A stretch of 56,085 bases of DNA, counting the filler, from Platydemus manokwari (lineage: Eukaryota): assembly GCA_037951405.1 (NCBI GenBank). It is 5 parts of 5 records of this genome, joined end to end, with 100 filler letters (N's around TTAATTAATTAA, not from the genome) between each part and the next. Parts side by side here need not be neighbours in the genome. Positions count along the whole stretch, not along the records: positions 29,972 to 45,616 come from JBBMOY011262540.1; positions 45,717 to 56,085 come from JBBMOY011139439.1; 3 more parts are not named here. The stretch is one strand, 5' to 3'. Position 1 is the stretch's first letter, and each line of letters opens with the position of its first letter. This document shows, in pieces, positions 39,226 through 52,200 of this stretch. Under the pieces are notes generated by a model. That model was not told the origin of the DNA, searched no databases, and saw nothing but the letters and a program-made list of their open reading frames with translations. The translations under genes and the position numbers were made by a program.

Positions 39226-42200
39226 AAGGGGTAGAATTGATTATTTGAAGAGTTTCTTAGTGGTAAAATGAAAAATGAAATAATCTCACATTAACAAAAT
39301 AACCTTGTTGGTTAGCTTAAAATATGTAAATTAATAATGCTTGAAAGGAGATAATTAATTGTTAAACTTGTCGAAATTATTATTATAATAATAACTATTA
39401 AATTTATTATTAAAATTCCAAAAAAATATTAAACATGAATGCCTCCTAAAATAGCTGTTCCTGATAAACACTCAAACTAAGCTTTGGCACTGCCAAGATT
39501 CAAATATTAACGAAATTGTTCAATTTATCGACAAAATGAAAGTTATCTCATAAATTAAATTGTTTTGGATTATCATTGATTACAAAACGGAATTTATTAA
39601 ATTTGGAAAGTTTCTACTGAAAGGACTAGAAAAGAATATCGATATTTACCAGGAAACAAGGGAAAACCAAATATATATATATTTTCCCACAATAGAATGA
39701 GAGCCAATTAAAATTTATTAAACTTATTTTTTGAAACATTTCAACTAGCAATTGATTTTGCTAATGCACTACAATTAATCCAATGACGTAACCTTAGTAA
39801 ATACAAGAGTAAGCTACGGTTTGGGGCAAAACCTTTTACAGATCTTATTGATCTTAAGCGTAATTCTATTTGATATCACTATTGTTTTAATCAGTACCTT
39901 TGAACTCTTGATTAAGGACTCAGGTTAGAGTTAGGGGGATATAGGGAATCCTGATCTTCCACACTGGATGATCTTCTATGGTGCGGGTTTTGAATACAAA
40001 ATTATACATGTAACTGCGTCTTCAATTATGTGCAGATGTGACAGTGTTAATTGTGACTGCTGCCTCATATAGGCAGTGGTGAATCACTCGCAGATATTTT
40101 CGGCAATTAAATCTAATATCAATTGATTTTTTATTTTTTCGCTGAAATTTATTGATCGAATAGTGAAATTTTCTCCGATTAAATTTGTTAAGTTTAGAAC
40201 TACTCTAATTTAACGACTCGGTCTTATTCTCCTAATCTGACTCCTATTCAAAAATCCTGTGCACACTAAATAAAAATAACTTTCTGATTAAGTTATATTT
40301 TTATAACAATTTACACCGTCCCTATAAAGTTATGTTAATATAACTAGGACTAAGTCCTGACACTTCTGCTGAATACCTTAGCTCAGAATCTACTCTTGAT
40401 AAATATTACACAATAATTCTTTACTACTATACGGATTAGCGCACTCCTAATACTAAAACAATAATACTTCTACAATACTTTTTATCCCGTAATACTACAC
40501 TTGTTGTAGGGCAAACTACTATAGCAACAAATAACATTTTACTTTCGAAATTTTCTTGTTGAATGGGTGAAAATAAAGAGTTAACTCGCTCTTTTTATAC
40601 TTATTTTCTCCATGGACATCCATTCTATGTCCATCTTGTTGTTTATACTTACAACCGCATGAATCCATTTATTTCTTCCAATTACCGAATATGGTAGGTA
40701 ATTGCTTTCATTATTTTTGAATTCCCATTTATTTATTCCAATTGCCGGATATGGTCGGTAATTCCTATTTCTATCCAAAAATTCCATATTTGCTGCAGTG
40801 ACATTTAATTTAATTCTTTAAAAATATTTTTTTTTCAATGACTCGTAATTAATAGTAATATTAGTTTTTTTATATTTGTTGGTTGGTATTTAGATTGGAT
40901 TTGTTTAGTTGCGCTTTATTTCCTACCAATGTGTTTCCAATCGGACTCCAAACGACTGGTAACGTTCGATAGAAGTAGTTTATAATGTAAATAGTAATAT
41001 AATAATAAATGAATAACGATAACGCACTGAAATAATATATAATTATGAATCAAATAATACAAAGAATTGATAACAATTAGTTAATATGTTTGTTAACAAA
41101 GAACTGGCGAAGCGTGGCTTGCTTAACCAGAGGGCAAGAATCACGATACGGGTGAACCGTACAATGAAATAAAACCTATTAAAAAGATGGGAGAAAAACG
41201 AAGAGTTATTTTAGTTGATACCGAATCTATCGACACGGTATAGAAAGAATACTCAAATATTTCGGTCTTTACCTAACTGATCAACTGTTCGTCTGATGGT
41301 GGAGAGTTTCTATGCTCTGATTCCGGTAGCTAAATTCTCTGGCGGTTCGGTGCTGAAATTGTTCATAGTGATTACTGTTCTAGTATTTTTTTGGCGATTT
41401 TTACTGAATTACTATCCGCTTATATATCAATTTTCGTTGTGTTATCACCCAATCGTAATTTTTCTATATTTAGTATGATGTAATTCTATTTATAGTTTGT
41501 TAATTTATCTTACTATCTTTGTAATTTACAAATTCCATATTTGATCATGTGTCTATTTTAGGAATTACGTCATTACTATTTTAGGACTTTTGCCTATTTT
41601 CGTAATTTTAATTATGTGATTATATTTGTGGGTGTAATGTGTTGTTGATGATTCACTGTGGGTGGATTCGGATCCTAACTACTATATTAGAATCACAATA
41701 ACACAAGCCAAACAGAGTATGTTTATTAGTTTTTAATAACAAAAACAAATATTCCAGTTTTTCATTAAATAAATTTACCTACAGTTAAATCTTACCTGTA
41801 GCGCATTTTGTATTAAATTGTTCAGATTTTCACTTTCTGCAAGTGCTATTGATCTTTCGTAAGAATTAATTTTTCCTACATTAAACTGATCAACTCTTCA
41901 TGTACAATTCCAGTAACTATAACCCTGTATGCTTTACATCTATTTTCAGTAATGTCATTTAATAAATCCCTTCCAACTCTCATGATCGTTGTGCTTCTTA
42001 CTTTAAAAAAATTATAAAACAGAATATAATAATATAAATAATTACAAATTAATTAACCACATTGTAATTTTAACAGTATTATGAAATCACATGATTTTAC
42101 AATTTACTATTCATATTAAAAGTATTTATAAAATTTCAATATATAATAATATTCATATTAATATAGTAATTTTTATATAATTAATGTTAGGACTATTTGA

Positions 42201-42443
42201 GACATAATTTTTATCGAAACATTATAAATTTCAAGATAGAGGTAAATCTTCAATAATAACTTATGCAATAATACAAATCTCAACAAAAACAGTTTATTAA
42301 TCGAAAACTATAGTGACAACTATAAAAATTACATTCTTTTCATGTCACTACTTTTCTTTTACAATTTAAAAATTAAAATTTAAGAAATTAATTAATTTGT
42401 TTTAAATACTCCTTTATTACAATATTTAAAATTATTTTGAAAT

Positions 42444-43613
42444 ATGACTGAAGTATTACTTGAATTTAACCAATTTTGTAATAATTATTAAATTTAGATA
42501 TTATTGTCCGAAGACAGTTCGCGTTTAGGCTTTGTTGATATTAAATATAAAGACATATGGGACATGTACAAGAAGGCCCAATCATCATTTTGGACCGTTC
42601 ATGAAGTTGATTTGTCCAAAGACATGGCATCGTGGAATACATTAACAGACAATGAAAAACATTTTATATCTCATGTACTTGCATTTTTTGCTGCAAGCGA
42701 TGGAATTGTGAATGAAAATCTTGTCGAGAGATTTATCCAAGAAGTGAAAGTTCCAGAAGCAGAAGCTTTTTATAGTTTTCAAATATGTATCGAAAACATC
42801 CATTCTGAAATGTATTCCATGTTGATCGATAAATATATTACTAGTTCAGAAGAAAAGTGATAATTAGTGTAGAATTGGGTTTAAATTTTGATATACATTG
42901 CTAATTACAGAGACAAACTCTTTAATGCAATCGAAACAATGCCTTGTGTACAGAAGAAAGCCAAATGGGCTTTGAATTGGATCGGTGATAATAATTCCGA
43001 TTTTGCTGTCAGAGTTGTTGCATTCGCTGCAGTGGAAGGAATATTTTTCAGTGGCAGTTTCGCAGCGATATTTTGGTTGAAGAAGCGTGGCTTAATGCCG
43101 GGACTTTGTTTTAGTAATGAATTAATTAGTCGAGATGAAGGTCTTCACTGTGATTTCGCTTGTTTGATGTTTAAATATTTGGTAATTTTAATCAATTTAA
43201 TTTTTAAATTTCAAAAAACTGAATTCCTCTCTCAGACCAACAAACCAACTCAACAAACTGTGCTCGATATTATCAGAGATGCTGTTGAAATAGAAAAAGA
43301 ATTCTTAACAGATGCTCTGCCAGTGTCATTGATCGGTATGAATGCCAATGCAATGTGCCAATATATTGAATTCATTGCCGATCGACTTTTGGTGGAATTG
43401 GGTTGTCCAAAGGTGGTGATTGGATTGATTTTTTATTCAATTTTTTATCGTTTCATTTAGCATTGGAACACTGAAAACCCACTCGATTTCATGGTCAACA
43501 TCTGTTATGATGGTAAAACCAATTTTTTCGAGAGGCGTGTTGGCGATTATGCTCTCGCTAATAGCAAAGAAGGAATGAAATTCTCTGATGTCTCTTTCGA
43601 TTTCGATTTTTGA
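42444..43613 (+). CDS. RRM2: Ribonucleoside-diphosphate reductase small subunit (class Ia R2), 5 exons, about 322 aa
   Basis: Exons 42444-42452, 42498-42856, 42911-43181, 43236-43412 and 43461-43613 with 45-54 nt GT-AG introns. Motifs: [61 protein letters not shown]-terminal FDFDF. The 9-nt first exon is inferred. Confidence 0.96.
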
Positions 43614-45454
43614 TTGAATATTTTTCAAAAAAAGAAAGAAATAAAACTGCAATTTTTGTTGTTAGATGTGTTCATATATTGATGTATTTTTGATAAGAAT
43701 AAATTTGATTGGTTATTTTCATTTATATGTGTGTGTATTATATTTTTATTTATATATGTATGTGTGTGTATTATATTTTCATTTTGTTATTTGTGTGTGT
43801 GTGTGAGCTTATGGATTACCTAATTGGTATATATTTTTGTGTATCAATATCAGTCATGATTGATAGAATTATTATTTAATTACAATTATAATGGATTGTA
43901 ACAGTGTGGGAGGTTAATTTGATTTTTGCAAGTAACTGATGACTTAATCTTTATTTGAATTCATAGAACTTCGTCTTAGAGACAAGGAGATTAGAAGAAT
44001 GAATTTTCGACTCAAAATATTTGACTTGTATTGATTTTAATGATTTCTTTGATGACAAAACTGTGTTGATAAATCTTTTATGTTGGGCTACTTCATTGTA
44101 TCAATTGGTATAAATTATCAGAGATTATAAATAACCAGTTGTTAAAGATATTAATGTTACTTTTGAAGTTATAAATGTGGTTATTGTTTTGTTTATTATT
44201 TACACTGACCATGAATTATCATGAACGATAACAGGCTTGTTCTAATTTTTATGTAATGAAGAAAAAGATTCAAAACAAAATACTGAATATATTATTCACG
44301 ACAAAATAAGGAAAAGTTATTTAGCGAAAAATAAATAACGACGCAATTAATTTAAAAATAATTTTGCTTGAGAAGCAGTTTTTACATATACTACTAGAGA
44401 AACAATTTCAATACAAAATAGAGACAGTGTAAATGCAATTGGAAAACAATTCACTTGCAATCCGGTGACGATCTTAATCTATTTCAATCACAATTGCTTT
44501 ATCAAAAAATCCTTAGTAAATTTGAAAAATATCATGCTCCAAATTATTTATTAATTATATTATAATTTTGTACATTCTTATGAAAGCATCAATTATTTGG
44601 ATTTTGGGATCTTATTGATCGAGAACCAAACGAAGGTTCGAACCAATCTTTTGCTTCCATTCTATGATTGGTTATCTTACTGTAGCCTGTTACAAACATG
44701 TGTTGGATTTCTCAAACAATTGATAATGCCTACTGTTTAATAAGAGGGATCATTTTGCTTTATAATTTTGGCTTTATAAATAAGTTTGTCTGAGCATTTC
44801 AAAGTTAAAAGGATTCCATCATATTTGAAGACGCTTTGAAAAATTTGATTTTTGTAAATTTGTTATCATTGTAAATAAACATTTTTGTTATCATTGTAAA
44901 TAAACATTTTTGTTATCATCGCTGTGCTTATTTATTGAATTATTTGATTATAATTATAAGAGCACGCACCTACCGGATTGACATTGCTCCTCAAGCAGTA
45001 GTATTGAACTCACACACATTATAGCCCACACGTCATACACATATTTAAGATAGAAACGAAAAAGGCCCAATTCGAGAACATTACGTTTCATATGTTATCG
45101 TGAAAATTAGCTTTTCTATAACGTAGCAAAATTTATCGTTGCTTTACATTTTTTATAGCTAGGTAAAATATATTGATAATGTTAGGTTTACAATCACACA
45201 CGTAGCTAATAAAACTGTAATTGATCTCCACAAATTGCTCTTTCTGATACTTCAAGAATAAAAATAACCACTATTATATCAGTCACTCCAAAGACTCTCA
45301 CTCTAAACAATCCCATTTATTAACTATCTATTAATGAACGATAAGATGAATTAAAACAAAGCAGTTTAAGAGTTATTGATGAATATCAAATGATTTCAAT
45401 TGTTTCCAGCATCGGATTACTTATTAATTATGGGTATTATAGATTGGGGTTTAA

Positions 45455-45537
45455 ATTATATTATGTTATATTATGTTATATTATATTATATTATATTATA
45501 TTATATTATATTATATTATATTATATTATATTATATA
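45455..45537. repeat. (TTATA)n microsatellite
   Basis: About 16 pentamer units, two of them TTATG. Confidence 0.95.
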
Positions 45538-45543
45538 ATTTAT

Positions 45544-45616
45544 TATTGGGTCTATAACTTAATAACCGGAATTTGACACCAGATGTAAACACTTGTGTGT
45601 GTGCTGTAGCAAATCA
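45544..45616 (+). mobile_element. Mariner-like element end (TA + TIR), pointing out of the contig
   Basis: TA-TTGGGTCTATAACTTAATAACCGGAATTTGACACCAGATG..., an inverted copy of 29972-30046. Confidence 0.65.
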
Positions 45617-45716
45617 NNNNNNNNNNNNNNNNNNNNNNNNNNNNNNNNNNNNNNNNNNNNTTAATTAATTAANNNNNNNNNNNNNNNNNNNNNNNNNNNN
45701 NNNNNNNNNNNNNNNN
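45617..45716. other. Artificial contig linker
   Basis: N-run with central TTAATTAATTAA, 100 nt. Confidence 0.98.
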
Positions 45717-45818
45717 AAAATTTGAAAACTTAGGGGAGCGTTATACTTGGGTATGTCAAAAAAGACCAGTTTTTAAATTTAAAAGTAGGGGGATCATCAT
45801 ACTTAGGTGATTACGGTA
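45717..45818. mobile_element. End of a Tc2/pogo-like (TA-CCGTA) DNA transposon
   Basis: Terminates in ATACTTAGGTGATTACGG-TA with a subterminal copy GGGGAGCGTTATACTTGGGTA. A related inverted copy is at 55839. Confidence 0.55.
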
Positions 45819-48800
45819 TTAGAAAATAGTTTTCTTGCGAATTTTTAAAAAATTAATTTATAGATTTTTGCTATTTTTGATATTTTACTATATTTTTTAA
45901 CCAATATTAATTATTATCAATTATTGGTAACACTTTATTATTTCTATGAGTTACATGTGTGACCTATAAGTAGTAATTTGACCTATATGGTTGTTCCAAC
46001 AAATTGTGTGAAAACAAAGTGAGCGGAGTAAGATAATATCTTAATGTTTGACATTAGTCTCAATACAACTTGCTGTTGTATTTTAACTTGTATTTTATTA
46101 TTGAATTAGTTTTCACCTTTATCAGTCTTTTTATTTATCTTTAAACTCAGTTTCACCAAAACTAAGGTGATGCCATAGCAATGAATGATTGTTGTAAATT
46201 AGCCGAATATTTTTCCGGATATTTCGTTTTCGATTATTTTCTCATTTTTTAATAAATAACTTCAAGGTTGATTGGTTCTCCTGAAGCAAAATAATTTTAA
46301 GGAGGATTTCTTAGTGAATTTTCGCATGATTTTATCGTTATCTATTAACTAAATTTATTTAATATACTACACTACTGACTAATATTAATGCAATCATACA
46401 AGTATTTTCCAAATAACCAAATGAGTACCATTAAATATTTATTAGAAAGTAAAGACACAATTTCAAGATTTTTACACACACACCATACATTTAAATAATA
46501 TGATTATACATAGAAACTACGCTACAGAACAAATACACAAAATATTTAATTTATCATATCACTCCTATCCATTATTTTCATGATTTTTTCGCTACTCCAA
46601 CATTTTAATACAAATTTAGAAGAACCGAATATTTATATAAGTACTCTGTTCTAATAATAATAATAATAATAATAATAGTAAACTGTTATGGACGATAGGT
46701 AAGTTCATTTCTTAGCACAATACTAATTTTATTTTTTATTTCGATAGATTCTAATATGAGATAAAATATTAATGATAAATTTATGCTGTCCTATGATCTC
46801 TACTAAAACAAGTTAAGTCTAGGTGCTTTAAATAAGCATAAAATAATAACATATTATGGTTTTATGGAAGTAAAATTATTTAAATGTTTTCTACTACAAC
46901 TTGTTTCGCTTAATTATATTTATTTATTGTTAAACTGGGTAAGCAAGAGGCAAATTAATCTCGTTAAGCCTATTAAAACAAAAGCAATATCCCCAATAGG
47001 ATAGCTCAAGAATAACTTATCTCCTTTCAATTGATGAAAATAGTTAAATGTAATGAATGTGATCAGTTAGATAAATTTATCATTTGAAGAGGAATTAGTT
47101 ATAAAGACTTGTGGGTTGAATCATTGATAATTCCAATAGATCGTCCACAGACATAAAGGTTTCACATTCCGTACTATTCTTCAGTATTATATAACTCTCA
47201 AATCTATCATTAAATTATTCCCTCACAAGTCTTTTCGAACTAATCACAATTAGCTTTCCTTCTCAACTGAATATTTTCACTGTGCTCTGTATAATTATCG
47301 TCCTCTTTATGAGATTCCCCTTAACGTATCGGTTATTATTAATTATTCATCAAGCATTGAACATTAGCTATGCATTGAAAAGATTATAAATGAAATTATT
47401 GAAAAATAACAAAGGATTATTATTTTCCCTAAATCCATGTTTTTGATATTTTATCATTATTGATTCATTAACAAAACAATTCACTCGATGCAACTCACGT
47501 GATCAGATTCAAACTGTGAAAGAAATTGAGAACTAAAATTGAAAGGAAACTCATTTTTAAGAATTGTTAAGAGGAAATTATTTAAACAGGTTAACGTTGT
47601 ATTAATTTTCAGAATATTTTACAAATGTACAAAACGTTAATGGATAAACTTTATGGATTAGATTTATTCGATTTATTATTTTATTCTTCTCAATTAACAG
47701 GATTTCAATTAACAGTTTATATTATTGAGAAGTAATTATCAAGATTTATTTATGGATAAGTTCGCTGTTATTTTGTAGCTTATATTAATGTTAATAATTT
47801 TATAAATACCATTTATTAGTTGCTACTATTTGAAAAATCGCACATTATAAACGAGCTGAAAATTCAAGACACCAAAAATCTATTTAAATATAAATATTAA
47901 AACAAATAAATTTAATTTTATATAAATATGATTTTATATCAAATTAGAATTAAATTTAGATTAAAATTTTCATTCATACAAAATAGCTCACACCATTTAT
48001 TGTTAAGGTGTTTATAATATTAATTTAAATAATTTCTATTATTTAATATTAATTATTTAATTTATTATTTTTAAGCTAAAATTTTTTAAATTATTGAATT
48101 TTAACATATTAAGTTAATACATTATGATAGATTATTATTAATAGTGGTAAAAATAATTAATATTCAAATGAAATTAGATGATCTTTTGTCTCTAAAACAA
48201 ACCCAAAATCCAATTAACATCCCAAACAAATTCAAAGATAACTATACAAATAAATTCACAAAATCGAAACTCGAATACGAAACTACTGATATCATGAACA
48301 ATCAATAATTGCGCATATACAAAGAAGCAGATTTTAATTACTATCAGAATAATAACATCTGTGAAATGCGGATAAAACACGCTCTTTAGAATCGTTTAAA
48401 TAGGTACAATGACATATGTTCATAATTTTAAAATATTCTCATGAAACTTATTAAAGAGTAACATGAGTACCATGACAACAATGTTTAGATAACTTTAGTA
48501 AGGATAAATATTAAATAAAATCATAATGTTGGGTATATCACAAATCAATCAAAAGGGTCACAAGAACCAATGGAAAACCATAAAAAAGGGTCGATACACC
48601 AACCCAATTAACACACTAAGTCTAAATTTATTTTTGATCATTAGTAATTTCCACGTTTTACTGAATTTAGTTAGATTATGTAATATGCAGTATCTTTAAA
48701 TATTTCACAGTTTCACGTGGGGAACTCGATTTAAATAATTTTTAGACTGTTTTCACAGGTAATTCTAAATTAGTGCTTTTAATGTTGGCAATTTGCAAGC

Positions 48801-49062
48801 GCATTTGATTAATTTTTAAGCGTATCACCTGACCGGTATTTTCTTTTTCCTTATATGCTAATAAGGAAAGCTAATAGCGAATTCCCAAGCTAAATCTTTA
48901 AAAAGATAAGTATATAGACTATACCATTCACTTATTACACACACTGTATTGTGCAGAGTGTCACTGCGAAATTCCTCATAATAATCCACATGATATTACG
49001 ATTTTCATGATTAGAATTTTAGTTCGAAATCAATTATATATAACTCTATATATATGATTAGT

Positions 49063-49286
49063 AGAAATACACGTCAGTTTTAATTGCTAAGATTAGAACA
49101 AATATACATGTTGTACTTACAAGTCATTGTTATGTGTCAGAATTTTTTTATTGCATCCGAATAACCTGTACCAATATTTCAAACTCTGATTGTTTTCCAT
49201 ATTCTGATATCCGTATTATGCTCAAATAAATACATGAATGATCATATTTGTTCTAATCTTAGCAATTAAAACTGACGTGTATTTCT
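49063..49286. repeat. Perfect 43-bp inverted repeat around a 138-bp spacer
   Basis: AGAAATACACGTCAGTTTTAATTGCTAAGATTAGAACAAATAT (49063-49105) is the exact reverse complement of 49244-49286. Confidence 0.93.
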
Positions 49287-52200
49287 CCCAATTAACGTAA
49301 AAACCTATATTTTATTATAGTTCTCCTAGGTGATAAACTTCAATTACTGCCTTATTATATTAAGATACATATGAGCTCAACAAGCACGCTTTTATAAATT
49401 GTCATATGTTATTCTATTTACAATACATCTGTTGTGCTACACATACCGACCGCCATCTTGCGTCATTACAAGCACGTGATACTTTCACCTTTATCTATGT
49501 ATGAACTAGAGCTGTTGCCTTTGCAATTGAACATCTTCACAAAGACCATTTAAATCATAATTCAGCTTAAAATATTTTTATTTTCACTATAAACAAAATC
49601 ATTCATTTCGAGTCAATCTTTATATCTAATTTTTAAATGATAAAACTAGTAACACCAATTGGTAGATGCTTAATTAAGGTTGAGTTACTATTTGTTTCTC
49701 ATTTTACTTTTCAGAAGAAAAATTCTATTTTGAAATTGGTGCAAAATAAATAACTTGTGATTACCTTTTCCGTCATTTGAAGTATACATAGTGTGTATCT
49801 CAACATTGATGAATTTTATGTCAGAAGCCCTTTGATAATAATGATAATGATAATAATAATAATAATATTAATAATAATACATTATTATTATTACTTATTC
49901 AAACAAAATATTCTATTGGTTAATAATACCAAATTATTTAAAATTTAAGTATTTAGAAAGTAGTCAATGAATGTTGATCGAGATCTCAAGAAAAAAATCA
50001 CACGAATCTTGTGTCTTGCGCAATTATAAGAAAACAGACAGGATGCAGATATGATTTTGATAGTATGTATCTGAAGATGTTTTGGGGTGCAACATCCAAG
50101 TAGATACACGTGCAATTCAATTACTAACAAATTATTTTATTCATCACTTAAGTATTTGTTTAAAGATTTACTTCCCACATGTGCTGGTTAATTTGCAATT
50201 TTATTTATTCGGTGTGCATCATTTTTCAACCCCACAACTATCCTATATTAGTGTGTCAGCATAATTCAAAACATTTCAATCAAATGACAGTATTGTAGAA
50301 CACGGGCATGCACACATCAAATAACATAATGAAAAATATAATAAACAAACAACGGAAATTTTCTTATAAAAATAGTAAGGATTTCTAAAAATATAGACAG
50401 TGACAAAGAAATGTGGTCAGAAAAATTAAACAGGCATATAGTTAGAAAAAACAAATAAAAACGAGCAGATATAATAAGGACAAGTACCCCTAAATTTTAA
50501 TACCACGTGTAAAAAAGAAAACTGAAATTGACAACATATAAAGCCCATATTTTGTAGAAATAGAGTAGATGCAAAATTTATTAGAAGGCACTTAATTATT
50601 AGCTCTTGAAATTAGTTCTTAAATTTTGTAAACTAGAACTATATCTTTGCATGACGATTGGCATAGCAATTTCTTTTTAATTCAGATTACATTTCACCAT
50701 TATTTTAACAAGGATATCCCATTCGGTTCAAGCAATTCAATTTTGTTATCTCAAATTAATTTCCGGCCTGAATTCCAGTGAATTTTATATTTGTAAAATT
50801 ATTTATGACCTTGCCGTACAAACGGTTTTGTGGAAATCTTTTAAAATCCATCCTGATTTAATTTTTTAAAATTTTTATCTTCTTCAACTGTAGAGAAATG
50901 TTCTTTCGATTAGATTGAACAAGTGGCGAATTAGGTCAAAGAAGATCTTATCGCACTTCTGGCATTTCATTGTTCAGAGAATGCAGAATTAGTCAAAGAA
51001 ATTAGAAGAATTGGTATGAAATCTTTGTAAATGCTTCTAATGTAATTGCAGAATATATTGGTCCAATTTTGTCAATTTCAATTAAAGGCTTAAATTTATA
51101 CTTTTGGTTGTTGAGATGCTGAAGTACACTGGCTTGATAATCAAGAAAAATTAAAGTTGCATTCAGAAATGCACTCCGAGATTTTCCAAATTTCTTGAGA
51201 TTTTTTACACTTTTAGAATTCCAATCAGTTACCATTGGTTTAGCCTCTTTCAGGCTAAATCATATAACCAATTCTAATCAATTTATTCAAATTTAAGTAT
51301 TCAAATTTCCAGTCTTTTTAATGATCTACCCTAGAAAATTTTAACTTTGATATTCAGATATTGATAAAAACGAAATTTTTTTTTGCCGACCCCTATATAT
51401 TAGAAAAACATTCATAGACATTAGTATATTTAAGAAATACCACTTAGAATTTTGGAAAAAACATTCATTCGGAATTTAAGTATAACGGTACAGTTTTCGG
51501 TGTTTTAAACAAGCTCTTGGATTTAATTTTCTTTTCAAGTACATTTTTCCCTAATTACTTAACACACATTTTCATAACAATAGTACAACAACATGCACAT
51601 CAAAATTTCTAATCTTACCAGGGCAAATTTTATAAGCTATCCATTTTATTTACATAAATTTTTTATATAAATGATTCGAATCAATTTGTTATTCCATGTT
51701 ATTCATATCGAAAGATAGCCTCGAATTCATAACAAAATCATCAAAAGATTTAATCGTTAAAATAACTGTTTGTTGGAAGAAAATATGACCTGCATATGAT
51801 TTCATTTTTGAAAAATTGATTTCAGAAATTATATCCTTGATCAATACAGTTTACATGGATTCTGTAACGGATTCTTAAACACTTTCGTTCTCATCTCTAA
51901 GAGATGAAAATCTACCGATATTTCATTAATCACGGATGATGATCCAGGAACACACCAGACGGAAACTTCGTCTATTCCCAAAGCTAATTTTATAAAGTTC
52001 TTCCAAGTTTTTAATAGCTATAAAATAAATCATCAATCATGGATTTTTCCATATTTTGAAAAAACGTATCGATTTAATATTGTTCACTTTTATGATAAAT
52101 ATTTCTATGCGAGATCATCAAGAACATAGAGACCTCATCAAATAAGGAACATGGTGTATTGCTAGATTTGCAATTCCTGCAATTTTGAGCTTATTTCCTT

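Noticed and set aside
38100-41500. LTR retrotransposon pieces (gag-like MRKGLPFRIK, PBS-like AACTGGCGA, ORF 40581-40787 with an internal duplication)
   Set aside because: I could not identify paired LTRs, protease, integrase or a convincing PBS.
43182-43235. 18-aa insertion in R2 shown in the ORF track
   Set aside because: It is a 54-nt stop-free GT-AG intron. Removing it restores the conserved spacing.
42444-43613. Viral or Polinton-borne RNR
   Set aside because: The gene has four canonical short introns like the other host genes, and there are no capsid, pPolB, ATPase or integrase ORFs on the contig.
44620-44650. GGTTCGAACC B-box suggesting a tRNA or SINE
   Set aside because: There is no cloverleaf stem or A-box at the right spacing.
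10339-45716. Recurrent TTAATTAATTAA palindrome within N-runs as a biological motif, and any gene-cluster reading across the gaps
   Set aside because: Four identical 100-nt six-frame-stop spacers are an assembly or concatenation device, so adjacency of genes on different contigs carries no information.
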